Positions 27,201-42,206 of a DNA stretch of 64,000 nucleotides are shown piece by piece (the stretch's first letter is position 1; the number at the start of each line of letters is the position of its first letter). Below the pieces are notes generated by a model, which worked only from the letters and a program-made list of their open reading frames with translations, did not search any database and was not told the DNA's origin. The stretch is taken from positions 257,238,001 through 257,302,000 of the forward strand of contig OZ024741.1 of NCBI GenBank assembly GCA_964016885.1, in the 5' to 3' direction. The translations under genes were made by a program, and so were the position numbers. This DNA comes from Eledone cirrhosa (Eukaryota).

Positions 27201-27845
27201 TTCGACTTACGAGTGCTTCGGTTTGCGAGTGTTTCGACTTACGAGTGTTTCGGCTTACGAGTGTTTCGACTTATGAGTGTTTCGACTTACGAGTGTTTTG
27301 ACTTATGGTGTTTCGGCTTACGAGTGTTTCGACATACGAGTGTTTTGACTTACGCGGGTTTCGACTTACGGGTGTTTCGACGTAAGAGTGTTTCGACTTA
27401 CGAGCGCTTCGACTTACGAGTGTTTCGACTTACGAGTGTTTCGGCGTACGAGTGTTTTGACTTACGAGTGCTTTGACTTACGAATGTTTTGAATTATTTC
27501 GACTTACGAGTGATCTGACTTACGAGTGTTCCTACTTACGAGTGTTTCGACTTACGAGTGTTCTGACTTACGAGTGTTCTGACTTACGAGTGTTCTGACT
27601 TACGAGTGTTCCGACTTACGAGTGTTTCGACTTACGAGTGTTTTGACTTACGAATGTTCTGACTTACGAGTGGTTCGCCTTACGAGTGTTTCGACTTACG
27701 AGTGTTTTAACTTACGGGTGTTTCGACTTACGCGTGTTTCGACTTACGAGTGTTTCGATTTACGAGTGTTTCGACTTACGAATGTTCCGACTTACGAGTG
27801 TTTCTACTTACGAGTGTTTCGGCTTACGAGTGTTTCGACTTACGA

Positions 27846-27922
27846 AAATAACAAATAGACGCGGTTTCAAATATCTATGCTTTTCAAATTCATTACATTA
27901 ATCTTTATTTATACGTTTCGCT
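27846..27922 (+). repeat. 77-bp block, copy 8
   Basis: Direct sequence match. Confidence 0.97.
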
Positions 27923-29247
27923 TTACGAGTGTTTCGGCGTACGAGTGTTTCGACTTACGAGTGTTTTGACTTACGTGTGTTTCGGCATACGAGTGTTTTG
28001 TCTTACGAGTGTTTTGACTTACGGGTGTTTCGGCTTACGAGTGTTTCGACTTACGAGTGTTCTGAATTACGAGTGTTCCAACTTACGAGCGTTCCGACTT
28101 ACGAGTGTTTCGGCTTACGAGTGTTCCGACTTACGAGTGTTTCGACTTACGAGTGTTTTGACTTACGGTGTTTCGGCTTACGAGTGTTTTGACTTACGAG
28201 TGTTTTGACTTACGGGTGATTTGACATACGAGTGTTTCGATACGAGTGTTCTGACTTACGAGTGTTCTGACTTACGAGTGTTCTGACTTACGAGTGTTCT
28301 GACTTACGAGTGGTCTGACTTACGGGTGTTCTTACTTACGAGTGTTCCGACTTACGGGTGTTCTGACTTACGTGTGTTCCGACTTACGAGTGTTTCGGTT
28401 ATGGGTGTTTCGACTTACGAGTGTTTCGACTTACGAATGTTTTGGCTTACGAGTGTTTCGGCTTACGAATGTTTTGGCTTACGAGTGTTTCGGCTTACGG
28501 GTGTTTCGACTTACGAGTGTTTCGACTTACGAGTGTTTTGACTTACGGTGTTTTGACATACGAGTATTTCGATACGAGTGTTCTGACTTACGAGTGTTCT
28601 GACTTACGAGTGTTCTGACTTACGGGTGTTCTGACTTACGAGTGTTCCGACTTACGAGTGTTTCGGCTTATGAGGGTTTCGACTTACGAGTGCTTCGGCT
28701 TACGAGTGTTTCGACTTACGAGTGTTTCGGCTTACGAGTGTTTCGACTTACGAATGTTTTGGCTTACGAGTGTTTCGGCTTACGAGTGTTTCGACTTACG
28801 AGTGTTTCGACTTATGGTGTTTCGGCTTACGAGTGTTTCGACATACGAGTGTTTTGACGTACGGGTGTTTCGACCTACGGGTCTTTCGACTTACGAGTGT
28901 TTCGACTTACGAGTGTTTCGGCGTACGAGTGTTTCGGCTTATGAGGGTTTCGACTTACGAGTGCTTCGGCTTACGAGTGTTTCGACCTACGACTGTTTCG
29001 GCTTACGAGTGTTTTGACTTACGAATGTTTTGGCCTAGGAGTGTTTCGGCTTACGAGTGTTTCGAATTAAGAGTGTTTCGACTTACGAGTGTTTTGACTT
29101 ACGGTGTTTCGGCTTACGAGTATTTCGACTTACGAGTGTTTTAACTTACGGGTGTTTCGACTTACGCGTGTTTCGACTTACGAATGTTCCGACTTACGAG
29201 TGTTTCGACTTACGAGTGTTTCGGCTTACGAGTGTTTCGACTTACGA

Positions 29248-29324
29248 AAATAACAAGTAGACGCGGATTCAAATATCTATGCTTTTCAAATTCATTACAT
29301 TAATCTTTATTTCTACGTTTCGCT
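29248..29324 (+). repeat. 77-bp block, copy 9 (CAAGTAGACGCGGATTC allele; TATTTCTACG variant)
   Basis: Shares two substitutions with copy 4. Confidence 0.97.
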
Positions 29325-32178
29325 TTACGAGTGTTTCGGCGTACGAGTGTTTCGACTTACGAGTGTTTTGACTTACGTGTGTTTCGGCATACGAGTGTTT
29401 TGACTTACGAGTGTTTTGACTTACGGGTGTTTCGGCTTACGAGTGTTTCGACTTACGAGTGTTCTGACTTACGAGTGTTACGACTTACGAGCGTTCCGAC
29501 TTACGAGTGTTTCGGCTTACGAGTGTTCCGACTTACGAGTGTTTCGACTTACGAGTGTTTTGACTTACGGTGTTTCGGCTTACGAGTGTTTTGACCTACG
29601 AGTGTTTTGACTTACGGGTGATTTGACATACGAGTGTTTCGATACGAGTGTTCTGACTTACGAGTGTTCTGACTTACGAGTGTTCTGACTTACGAGTGTT
29701 CTGACTTACGAGTGGTCTGACTTACGGGTGTTCTTACTTACGAGTGTTCCGACTTACGGGTGTTCTGACTTACGTGTGTTCCGACTTACGAGTGTTTCGG
29801 TTATGGGTGTTTCGACTTACGAGTGTTTCGACTTACGAATGTTTTGGCTTACGAGTGTTTCGGCTTACGAATGTTTCGACTTACGAATGTTTTGGCTTAC
29901 GAGTGTTTCGGCTTACGGGTGTTTCGACTTACGAGTGTTTCGACTTACGAGTGTTTTGACTTACGGTGTTTCGGCTTACGATTTATTCGACTTACGAGTG
30001 TTTCGACTTACGGGTGTTTCGACTTACTGGTGTTTCGACTTACGAGTGTTTCGACTTATGAGTGTTTCGACTTACGAGTGTTCTGACTTACGAGTGTTCT
30101 GACTTACGAGTGTTCCGACTTACGAGTGTTTCGGTTTACGAGTGTTTCGACATACGAGTGTTTTGACTTACGGGTGTTTCGACTTACGGGTGTTTCGACT
30201 TACGAGTGTTTCGGCTTACGAGTGTTTCGACTTACTAATGTTTTTACTTACGAGTGTTTCGGTGTACGAGTGTTTAGACTTAAGGATGTTTCGACTTGCG
30301 AGTGTTTCGACTTACGTGTGTTTCGGCTTACGTGAGTTTCGACTTAAGAGTGTTCTGATTTACGAGTGTTCTGACTTGCGGGTGTTCTGATTTACGAGTG
30401 TTCCGACTTACGAGTGTTTCGGCTTATGAGTGTTTCGACTTACGAGTGTTTCGGCTTACGAGTGTTTCGACTGATGGGTGTTTCGACTTACGAGTGTTTT
30501 TACTTACGGTGTTTCGGCTTACGAGTGTTTCGACTTACGAGTGTTTCGACTTACGAGTGTTAAGACTTACGGGTGTTTTGACATACGAGTGTTTCGATAC
30601 GAGTGTTTCGACTTACGAGTGTTACGAGTGTTCTGACTTACGAGTGTTCTGACTTACGAGTGTTCTGATTTACGAGTGTTCTGACTTACGAGCGTTCTGA
30701 CTTACGAGTGTTTCGGCTTACGAGTGTTTCGACTTACGAGTGTTCTGACTTACGAGTGTTCCGACTTTCGAGCGTTCCGACTTACGAGTGTTTAGGCTTA
30801 CAAGTGTTCCGACTTACGAGTGTTTCGAGTTACGATTGTTTTGACTTACGGTGTTTCTGCTTACGAGTGTTTCGACTTACGAGTGTTAAGACTTACGGGT
30901 GTTTTGACATACGAGTGTTTCGATACGAGTGTTTCGACTTACGAGTGTTACGAGTGTTCTGACTTACGAGTGTTTCGACTTACGAGTGTTCTGACCTACA
31001 AGTGTTCTGACTTACGAGTGTTTCGACTTACGATTGTTTTTTTCACTTACGGGTGTTCCGACTTACGAGTGTTTCGACTTACGAGTGTTTGGACTTACGG
31101 GTGTTCCGACTTACGAGTGTTTCGGCTTACGATTGTTTCGACTTACGAGTGTTTCGGTTTACGAGTGTTTCGACTTACGGGTGTTTTGACTTACGATTGT
31201 TTGGGCTTACGAATGTTTCGACTTACGAGTGTTTCGACTTACGAGTGTTTTGACTTACGGTGTTTCGGCTTACGAGTGTTTTGACTTACGAGTGTTTTGA
31301 CTTACGCGTGTTTTGACATACGAGTGTTTCGATACGAGTGTTCTGACTTACGAGTGTTCTGACTTACGAGTGTTCTGACTTACGAGTGTTCTGACTTACG
31401 AGTGGTCTGACTTACGGGTGTTCTGACTTACGAGTGTTCCGACTTACGAGTGTTTCAGCTTATGAGTGTTTCGACTTACGAGTGCTTCGGTTTGCGAGTG
31501 TTTCGACTTACGAGTGTTTCGGCTTACGAGTGTTTCGACTTATGAGTGTTTCGACTTACGAGTGTTTTGACTTATGGTGTTTCGGCTTACGAGTGTTTCG
31601 ACATACGAGTGTTTTGACTTACGCGGGTTTCGACTTACGGGTGTTTCGACGTAAGAGTGTTTCGAGTTACGAGCGCTTCGACTTACGAGTGTTTCGACTT
31701 ACGAGTGTTTCGGCGTACGAGTGTTTTGACTTACGAGTGTTTCGACTTACGAGTGCTTTGACTTACGAATGTTTTGAATTACTTCGACTTACGAGTGATC
31801 TGACTTACGAGTGTTCATACTTACGAGTGTTTCGTCTTACGAGTGTTTCGACTTGCGAGTGTTTCGACTTACGAGTGTTTCGACTTACGAGTGTTCTGAC
31901 TTACGAGTGTTCTGACTTACGAGTGTTCTGACTTACGAGTGTTCCGACTTACGAGTGTTTCGACTTACGAGTGTTTTGACTTACGAATGTTCAGACTTAC
32001 GAGTGTTTCGCCTTACGAGTGTTTCGACTTACGAGTGTTTTAACTTACGGGTGTTTCGACTTACGCGTGTTTCGACTTACGAGTGTTTCGATTTACGAGT
32101 GTTTCGACTTACGAATGTTCCGACTTACGAGTGTTTCTACTTACGAGTGTTTCGGCTTACGAGTGTTTCGACTTACGA

Positions 32179-32255
32179 AAATAACAAATAGACGCGGTTT
32201 CAAATATCTATGCTTTTCAAATTCATTACATTAATATTTATTTATACGTTTCGCT
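32179..32255 (+). repeat. 77-bp block, copy 10 (TTAATATTTA allele)
   Basis: Shares its substitution with copy 5. Confidence 0.97.
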
Positions 32256-35200
32256 TTACGAGTGTTTCGGCGTACGAGTGTTTCGACTTACGAGTGTTTT
32301 AACTTACGGTTGTTTCGACTTACGTGTTTTTCGACTACGAATGTTTCGACTTACGAGTGTTTCGACTTACGAGTGTTTCGACTTACGAGTGCTTTGACTT
32401 ACGAATGTTTTGACTTACTTCGACTTACGAGTGATCTGACTTACGAGTGTTCCTACTTACGAGTGTTTCGACTTACGATTGTTTCGACTTGCGACTGTTT
32501 CGACTTACGAGTGTTTCGGCTTACGAGTGTTTCGGTGTTTCGGCTTACGTGTGTTTCGACTTACGAGTGTTTCGACCTACGAGTGTTTCGGCTTATGAGT
32601 GTTTCGACTTACGAGTGCTTCGGCTTACGAGTGTTTCGACTTACGAGTATTTCGGCTTACGAGTGTTTCGACGTACGAATGTTTTGGCTTACGAGTGTTT
32701 CGGCTTATGAGTGTTTCGACTTACGAGTGTTACGAGTGTTCTGACTTACGAGTGTTTCGACTTACGAGTGTTCTGACCTACGAGCGTTCTGACTTACGAG
32801 TGTTTCGACTTACGAGTGTTTTGACTTACGGGTGTTTCGACTTACGAGTGTTTCGAGTTACGAGTGTTTCGAGTTACGAGTGTTTCGACTTACGAGTGTT
32901 CTGACTTACGAGTGTTCCGACTTACGAGCGTTCCGACTTACGAGTGTTTCGACTTACGAGTGTTAAGACTTACGGGTGTTTTGACATACGAGTGTTTCGA
33001 TACGAGTGTTTCGACTTACGAGTGTTACGAGTGTTCTGACTTACGAGTGTTTCGACTTACGAGTGTTCTGACCTACGAGTGTTCTGACTTACGAGTGTTT
33101 CGACTTACGAGTGTTTTGACTTACGGGTGTTTCGACTTACCAGTGTTTCGACTTACGAGTGTTTCGAGTTACGAGTGTTTCGACTTACGAGTGTTTTGAC
33201 TTACGAATGTTCCGACTTACGGGTGTTTCGGCTTACGAGTGTTTCGACTTACGAGTGTTTTAACTTACGGGTGTTTCGACTTACACGTGTTTCGACTTGC
33301 GAGTGTTTCGACGTACGAGTGTTTCGACTACGAATGTTCCGACTTACGAGTGTTTCGACTTACGAGTGTTTCGACTTACGAGTAATCTGACTTACGGGTG
33401 TTCCGACTTACGAGTGTTTCGGCTTACGATTGTTTTGACTTACGATTGTTTGGCTTACGAATGTTTCGACTTACGAGTGTTTCGACTTACGAGTGTTTTG
33501 ACTTACGGTGTTTCGGCTTACGAGTGTTTCGACTTACGAGTGTTTTGACTTACGGGTGTTTTGACATACGAGTGTTTCGATACGAGTGTTCTGACTTACG
33601 AGTGTTCTGACTTACGAGTGTTCTGACTTACGGGTGTTCTGACTTACGAGTGTTCCGACTTACGAGTGTTTCGGCTTATGAGGGTTTCGACTTACGAGTG
33701 CTTCGGCTTACGAGTGTTTCGACTTACGAGTGTTTCGGCTTACGAGTGTTTCGACTTACGAATGTTTTGGCTTACGAGTGTTTCGGCTTACGAGTGTTTC
33801 GACTTACGAGTGTTTCGACTTATGGTGTTTCGGCTTACGAGTGTTTCGACATACGAGTGTTTTGACGTACGGGTGTTTCGACCTACGGGTCTTTCGACTT
33901 ACGAGTGTTTCGACTTACGAGTGTTTCGGCGTACGAGTGTTTCGACTTACGAGTGTTTCGACTTACGAGTGTTTCGACTTACGAGTGTTTCGACTTACGA
34001 GTGTTTTGAATTACGAGTGTTTTGACTTACGGTGTTTCTGCTTACGAGTGTTTCGACTTACGAGTGTTATGACTTACGGGTGTTTTGACATACGAGTGTT
34101 TTCGATACGAGTGTTTCGACTTACGAGTGTTTTTACTTACGAGTGTTTCGAGTTACGAGTGTTTCGACTTACGAATGTTTTTACTTACGAATGTTCTGAC
34201 TTACGGGTGTTTCGGCTTACGAGTGTTTCGACTTACGAGTGTTTTAAATTACGGGTGTTTCTACTTACGCGTGTTTCGACTTGCAAGTGTTTCGACTTAC
34301 GAGTGTTTCGACTACGAATGTTCCGACTTACGAGTGTTTCGACTTATGAGTGTTTCGACTTACGAGTGTTCTGACTTACGGGTGTTCCGACTTACGAGTG
34401 TTTCGGCTTACGATTGTTTTGACTTACGATTGTATTGGCTTACGAATGTTTCGACTTACTTCGACTTACGAGTGATCTGACTTACGAGTGTTCCTACTTA
34501 CGAGTGTTTCGACTTAGGAGTGTTTCGACTTGCGAGTGTTCCGACTTACGAGTGTTTCGGCTTACGAGTGTTTCGGTGTTTCGGCTCACGTGTGTTTCGA
34601 CTTACGAGTGTTTCGACTTACGAGTGTTTCGGCTTATGAGTGTTTCGACTTACGAGTGCTTCGGCTTACGAGTGTTTCGACTTACGAGTGTTTCGGCTTA
34701 CGAGTGTTTCGACGTACGAATGTTTTGGCTTACGAGTGTTTCGGCTTATGAGTGTTTCGACTTACGAGTGTTTCGACATACGAGTGTTTCGGCTTACGAG
34801 TGTTTCGACTTACGAGTGTTTCGGCTTACGTGTGTTTCAGTGTTTCGGCTTACGTGTTTTTTGACTTACGAGTGTTTCGACTTACGAGTGTTTCGGCTTA
34901 CGAGTGTTTCGACTTACGATTGTTTGGGCTTAGGAATGTTTCGACTTACGAGTGTTTCGACTTACGAGTGTTTTGACTTAAGGTGTTTCGGCTTACGAGT
35001 GTTTTGACTTACGAGTGTTTTGACTTACGCGTGTTTTGACATACGAGTGTTTCGATACGAGTGTTCTGACTTACGAGTGTTCTGACTTACGAGTGTTCTG
35101 ACTTACGAGTGTTCTGACTTACGAGTGGTCTGACTTACGGGTGTTCTGACTTACGAGTGTTCCGACTTACGAGTGTTTCAGCTTATGAGTGTTTCGACTT

Positions 35201-35837
35201 ACGAGTGCTTCGGTTTGCGAGTGTTTCGACTTACGAGTGTTTCGGCTTACGAGTGTTTCGACTTATGAGTGTTTCGACTTACGAGTGTTTTGACTTATGG
35301 TGTTTCGGCTTACGAGTGTTTCGACATACGAGTGTTTTGACTTACGCGGGTTTCGACTTACGGGTGTTTCGACGTAAGAGTGTTTCGACTTACGAGCGCT
35401 TCGACTTACGAGTGTTTCGACTTACGAGTGTTTCGGCGTACGAGTGTTTTGACTTACGAGTGCTTTGACTTACGAATGTTTTGAATTACTTCGACTTACG
35501 AGTGATCTGACTTACGAGTGTTCCTACTTACGAGTGTTTCGACTTACGAGTGTTCTGACTTACGAGTGTTCTGACTTACGAGTGTTCTGACTTACGAGTG
35601 TTCCGACTTACGAGTGTTTCGACTTACGAGTGTTTTGACTTACGAATGTTCTGACTTACGAGTGGTTCGCCTTACGAGTGTTTCGACTTACGAGTGTTTT
35701 AACTTACGGGTGTTTCGACTTACGCGTGTTTCGACTTACGAGTGTTTCGATTTACGAGTGTTTCGACTTACGAATGTTCCGACTTACGAGTGTTTCTACT
35801 TACGAGTGTTTCGGCTTACGAGTGTTTCGACTTACGA

Positions 35838-35914
35838 AAATAACAAATAGACGCGGTTTCAAATATCTATGCTTTTCAAATTCATTACATTAATTTTTAT
35901 TTATACGTTTCGCT
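35838..35914 (+). repeat. 77-bp block, copy 11 (TTAATTTTTA variant)
   Basis: Direct match with one private substitution. Confidence 0.97.
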
Positions 35915-38710
35915 TTACGAGTGTTTCGGCGTACGAGTGTTTCGACTTACGAGTGTTTTGACTTACGTGTGTTTCGGCATACGAGTGTTTTGTCTTACGA
36001 GTGTTTTGACTTACGGGTGTTTCGGCTTACGAGTGTTTCGACTTACGAGTGTTCTGACTTACGAGTGTTCCAACTTACGAGCGTTCCGACTTACGAGTGT
36101 TTCGGCTTACGAGTGTTCCGACTTACGAGTGTTTCGACTTACGAGTGTTTTGACTTACGGTGTTTCGGCTTACGAGTGTTTTGACTTACGAGTGTTTTGA
36201 CTTACGGGTGATTTGACATACGAGTGTTTCGATACGAGTGTTCTGACTTACGAGTGTTCTGACTTACGAGTGTTCTGACTTACGAGTGTTCTGACTTACG
36301 AGTGGTCTGACTTACGGGTGTTCTTACTTACGAGTGTTCCGACTTACGGGTGTTCTGACTTACGTGTGTTCCGACTTACGAGTGTTTCGGTTATGGGTGT
36401 TTCGACTTACGAGTGTTTCGACTTACGAATGTTTTGGCTTACGAGTGTTTCGGCTTACGAATGTTTTGGCTTACGAGTGTTTCGGCTTACGGGTGTTTCG
36501 ACTTACGAGTGTTTCGACTTACGAGTGTTTTGACTTACGGTGTTTTGACATACGAGTATTTCGATACGAGTGTTCTGACTTACGAGTGTTCTGACTTACG
36601 AGTGTTCTGACTTACGGGTGTTCTGACTTACGAGTGTTCCGACTTACGAGTGTTTCGGCTTATGAGGGTTTCGACTTACGAGTGCTTCGGCTTACGAGTG
36701 TTTCGACTTACGAGTGTTTCGGCTTACGAGTGTTTCGACTTACGAATGTTTTGGCTTACGAGTGTTTCGGCTTACGAGTGTTTCGACTTACGAGTGTTTC
36801 GACTTATGGTGTTTCGGCTTACGAGTGTTTCGACATACGAGTGTTTTGACGTACGGGTGTTTCGACCTACGGGTCTTTCGACTTACGAGTGTTTCGACTT
36901 ACGAGTGTTTCGGCGTACGAGTGTTTCGACTTACGAGTGTTTCGACTTACGAGTGTTTCGACTTACGAGTGTTTTGAATTACGAGTGTTTTGACTTACGG
37001 TGTTTCTGCTTACGAGTGTTTCGACTTACGAGTGTTATGACTTACGGGTGTTTTGACATACGAGTGTTTTCGATACGAGTGTTTCGACTTACGAGTGTTT
37101 TGACTTACGAGTGTTTCGAGTTACGAGTGTTTCGACTTACGAATGTTTTTACTTACGAATGTTCTGACATACGGGTGTTTCGGCTTACGAGTGTTTCGAC
37201 TTACGAGTGTTTTAAATTACGGGTGTTTCTACTTACGCGTGTTTCGACTTATGAGTGTTTCTACTTACGAGTGTTCTGACTTACGGGTGTTCCGACTTAC
37301 GAGTGTTTCGGCTTACGATTGTTTTGACTTACGATTGTATTGGCTTACGAATGTTTCGACTTACTTCGACTTACGAGTGATCTGACTTACGAGTGTTCCT
37401 ACTTACGAGTGTTTCGACTTAGGAGTGTTTCGACTTGCGAGTGTTTCGACTTACGAGTGTTTCGGCTTACGAGTGTTTCGGTGTTTCGGCTCACGTGTGT
37501 TTCGACTTACGAGTGTTTCGACTTACGAGTGTTTCGGCTTATGAGTGTTTCGACTTACGAGTGCTTCGGCTTACGAGTGTTTCGACTTACGAGTGTTTCG
37601 GCTTACGAGTGTTTCGACGTACGAATGTTTTGGCTTACGAGTGTTTCGGCTTATGAGTGTTTCGACTTACGAGTGTTTCGACATACGAGTGTTTCGGCTT
37701 ACGAGTGTTTCGACTTACGAGTGTTTCGGCTTACGAGTGTTTCAGTGTTTCGGCTTACGTGTTTTTTGACTTACGAGTGTTTCGACTTACGAGTGTTTCG
37801 GCTTACGAGTGTTTCGACTTACGATTGTTTGGGCTTAGGAATGTTTCGACTTACGAGTGTTTCGACTTACGAGTGTTTTGACTTACGGTGTTTCGGCTTA
37901 CGAGTGTTTTGACTTACGAGTGTTTTGACTTACGCGTGTTTTGACATACGAGTGTTTCGATACGAGTGTTCTGACTTACGAGTGTTCTGACTTACGAGTG
38001 TTCTGACTTACGAGTGTTCTGACTTACGAGTGTTCCGACTTACGAGTGTTTCAGCTTATGAGTGTTTCGACTTACGAGTGCTTCGGTTTGCGAGTGTTTC
38101 GACTTACGAGTGTTTCGGCTTACGAGTGTTTCGACTTATGAGTGTTTCGACTTACGAGTGTTTTGACTTATGGTGTTTCGGCTTACGAGTGTTTCGACAT
38201 ACGAGTGTTTTGACTTACGCGGGTTTCGACTTACGGGTGTTTCGACGTAAGAGTGTTTCGACTTACGAGCGCTTCGACTTACGAGTGTTTCGACTTACGA
38301 GTGTTTCGGCGTACGAGTGTTTTGACTTACGAGTGCTTTGACTTACGAATGTTTTGAAATACTTCGACTTACGAGTGATCTGACTTACGAGTGTTCCTAC
38401 TTACGAGTGTTTCGACTTACGAGTGTTCTGACTTACGAGTGTTCTGACTTACGAGTGTTCTGACTTACGAGTGTTCCGACTTACGAGTGTTTCGACTTAC
38501 GAGTGTTTTGACTTACGAATGTTCTGACTTACGAGTGGTTCGCCTTACGAGTGTTTCGACTTACGAGTGTTTTAACTTACGGGTGTTTCGACTTACGCGT
38601 GTTTCGATTTACGAGTGTTTCGATTTACGAGTGTTTCGACTTACGAATGTTCCGACTTACGAGTGTTTCTACTTACGAGTGTTTCGGCTTACGAGTGTTT
38701 CGACTTACGA

Positions 38711-38787
38711 AAATAACAAATAGACGCGGTTTCAAATATCTATGCTTTTCAAATTCATTACATTAATCTTTATTTATACGTTTCGCT
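38711..38787 (+). repeat. 77-bp block, copy 12
   Basis: Direct sequence match. Confidence 0.97.
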
Positions 38788-41700
38788 TTACGAGTGTTTC
38801 GGCGTACGAGTGTTTCGACTTACGAGTGTTTTGACTTACGTGTGTTTCGGCATACGAGTGTTTTGTCTTACGAGTGTTTTGACTTACGGGTGTTTCGGCT
38901 TACGAGTGTTTCGACTTACGAGTGTTCTGACTTACGAGTGTTCCAACTTACGAGCGTTCCGACTTACGAGTGTTTCGGCTTACGAGTGTTCCGACTTACG
39001 AGTGTTTCGACTTACGAGTGTTTTGACTTACGGTGTTTCGGCTTACGAGTGTTTTGACTTACGAGTGTTTTGACTTACGGGTGATTTGACATACGAGTGT
39101 TTCGATACGAGTGTTCTGACTTACGAGTGTTCTGACTTACGAGTGTTCTGACTTACGAGTGTTCTGACTTACGAGTGGTCTGACTTACGGGTGTTCTTAC
39201 TTACGAGTGTTCCGACTTACGGGTGTTCTGACTTACGTGTGTTCCGACTTACGAGTGTTTCGGTTATGGGTGTTTCGACTTACGAGTGTTTCGACTTACG
39301 AATGTTTTGGCTTACGAGTGTTTCGGCTTACGAATGTTTTGGCTTACGAGTGTTTCGGCTTACGGGTGTTTCGACTTACGAGTGTTTCGACTTACGAGTG
39401 TTTTGACTTACGGTGTTTCGGCTTACGATTTATTCGACTTACGAGTGTTTCGACTTACGGGTGTTTCGACTTACTGGTGTTTCGACTTACGAGTGTTTCG
39501 ACTTATGAGTGTTTCGACTTACGAGTGTTCTGACTTACGAGTGTTCTGACTTACGAGTGTTCCGACTTACGAGTGTTTCGGTTTACGAGTGTTTCGACAT
39601 ACGAGTGTTTTGACTTACGGGTGTTTCGACTTACGGGTGTTTCGACTTACGAGTGTTTCGGCTTACGAGTGTTCCGACTTACGAGTGTTTCGACTTACGA
39701 GTGTTTTGACTTACGGTGTTTCGGCTTACGAGTGTTTTGACTTACGAGTGTTTTGACTTACGGGTGATTTGACATACGAGTGTTTCGATACGAGTGTTCT
39801 GACTTACGAGTGTTCTGACTTACGAGTGTTCTGACTTACGAGTGTTCTGACTTACGAGTGGTCTGACTTACGGGTGTTCTTACTTACGAGTGTTCCGACT
39901 TACGGGTGTTCTGACTTACGTGTGTTCCGACTTACGAGTGTTTCGGTTATGGGTGTTTTGACTTACGAGTGTTTCGACTTACGAATGTTTTGGCTTACGA
40001 GTGTTTCGGCTTACGAATGTTTTGGCTTACGAGTGTTTCGGCTTACGGGTGTTTCGACTTACGAGTGTTTCGACTTACGAGTGTTTTGACTTACGGTGTT
40101 TTGACATACGAGTGTTTCGATACGAGTGTTCTGACTTACGAGTGTTCTGACTTACGAGTGTTCTGACTTACGGGTGTTCTGACTTACGAGTGTTCCGACT
40201 TACGAGTGTTTCGGCTTATGAGGGTTTCGACTTACGAGTGCTTCGGCTTACGAGTGTTTCGACTTACGAGTGTTTCGGCTTACGAGTGTTTCGACTTACG
40301 AATGTTTTGGCTTACGAGTGTTTCGGCTTACGAGTGTTTCGACTTACGAGTGTTTCGACTTATGGTGTTTCGGCTTACGAGTGTTTCGACATACGAGTGT
40401 TTTGACGTACGGGTGTTTCGACCTACGGGTCTTTCGACTTACGAGTGTTTCGACTTACGAGTGTTTCGGCGTACGAGTGTTTCGACTTACGAGTGTTTCG
40501 ACTTACGAGTGTTTCGACTTACGAGTGTTTCGACTTACGAGTGTTTTGAATTACGAGTGTTTTGACTTACGGTGTTTCTGCTTACGAGTGTTTCGACTTA
40601 CGAGTGTTATGACTTACGGGTGTTTTGACATACGAGTGTTTTCGATACGAGTGTTTCGACTTACGAGTGTTTTGACTTACGAGTGTTTCGAGTTACGAGT
40701 GTTTCGACTTACGAATGTTTTTACTTACGAATGTTCTGACTTACGGGTGTTTCGGCTTACGAGTGTTTCGACTTACGAGTGTTTTAAATTACGGGTGTTT
40801 CTACTTACGCGTGTTTCGACTTGCAAGTGTTTCGACTTACGAGTGTTTCGACTACGAATGTTCCGACTTACGAGTGTTTCGACTTATGAGTGTTTCGACT
40901 TACGAGTGTTCTGACTTACGGGTGTTCCGACTTACGAGTGTTTCGGCTTACGATTGTTTTGACTTACGATTGTATTGGCTTACGAATGTTTCGACTTACT
41001 TCGACTTACGAGTGATCTGACTTACGAGTGTTCCTACTTACGAGTGTTTCGACTTACGAGTGTTTCGACATACGAGTGTTTCGGCTTACGAGTGTTTCGA
41101 CTTACGAGTGTTTCGGCTTACGAGTGTTTCAGTGTTTCGGCTTACGTGTTTTTTGACTTACGAGTGTTTCGACTTACGAGTGTTTCGGCTTACGAGTGTT
41201 TCGACTTACGATTGTTTGGGCTTAGGAATGTTTCGACTTACGAGTGTTTCGACTTACGAGTGTTTTGACTTACGGTGTTTCGGCTTACGAGTGTTTTGAC
41301 TTACGAGTGTTTTGACTTACGCGTGTTTTGACATACGAGTGTTTCGATACGAGTGTTCTGACTTACGAGTGTTCTGACTTACGAGTGTTCTGACTTACGA
41401 GTGTTCTGACTTACGAGTGGTCTGACTTACGGGTGTTCTGACTTACGAGTGTTCCGACTTACGAGTGTTTCAGCTTATGAGTGTTTCGACTTACGAGTGC
41501 TTCGGTTTGCGAGTGTTTCGACTTACGAGTGTTTCGGCTTACGAGTGTTTCGACTTATGAGTGTTTCGACTTACGAGTGTTTTGACTTATGGTGTTTCGG
41601 CTTACGAGTGTTTCGACATACGAGTGTTTTGACTTACGCGGGTTTCGACTTACGGGTGTTTCGACGTAAGAGTGTTTCGACTTACGAGCGCTTCGACTTA

Positions 41701-42129
41701 CGAGTGTTTCGACTTACGAGTGTTTCGGCGTACGAGTGTTTTGACTTACGAGTGCTTTGACTTACGAATGTTTTGAATTACTTCGACTTACGAGTGATCT
41801 GACTTACGAGTGTTCCTACTTACGAGTGTTTCGACTTACGAGTGTTCTGACTTACGAGTGTTCTGACTTACGAGTGTTCTGACTTACGAGTGTTCCGACT
41901 TACGAGTGTTTCGACTTACGAGTGTTTTGACTTACGAATGTTCTGACTTACGAGTGGTTCGCCTTACGAGTGTTTCGACTTACGAGTGTTTTAACTTACG
42001 GGTGTTTCGACTTACGCGTGTTTCGACTTACGAGTGTTTCGATTTACGAGTGTTTCGACTTACGAATGTTCCGACTTACGAGTGTTTCTACTTACGAGTG
42101 TTTCGGCTTACGAGTGTTTCGACTTACGA

Positions 42130-42206
42130 AAATAACAAATAGACGCGGTTTCAAATATCTATGCTTTTCAAATTCATTACATTAATCTTTATTTATACGT
42201 TTCGCT
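42130..42206 (+). repeat. 77-bp block, copy 13
   Basis: Direct sequence match. Confidence 0.97.
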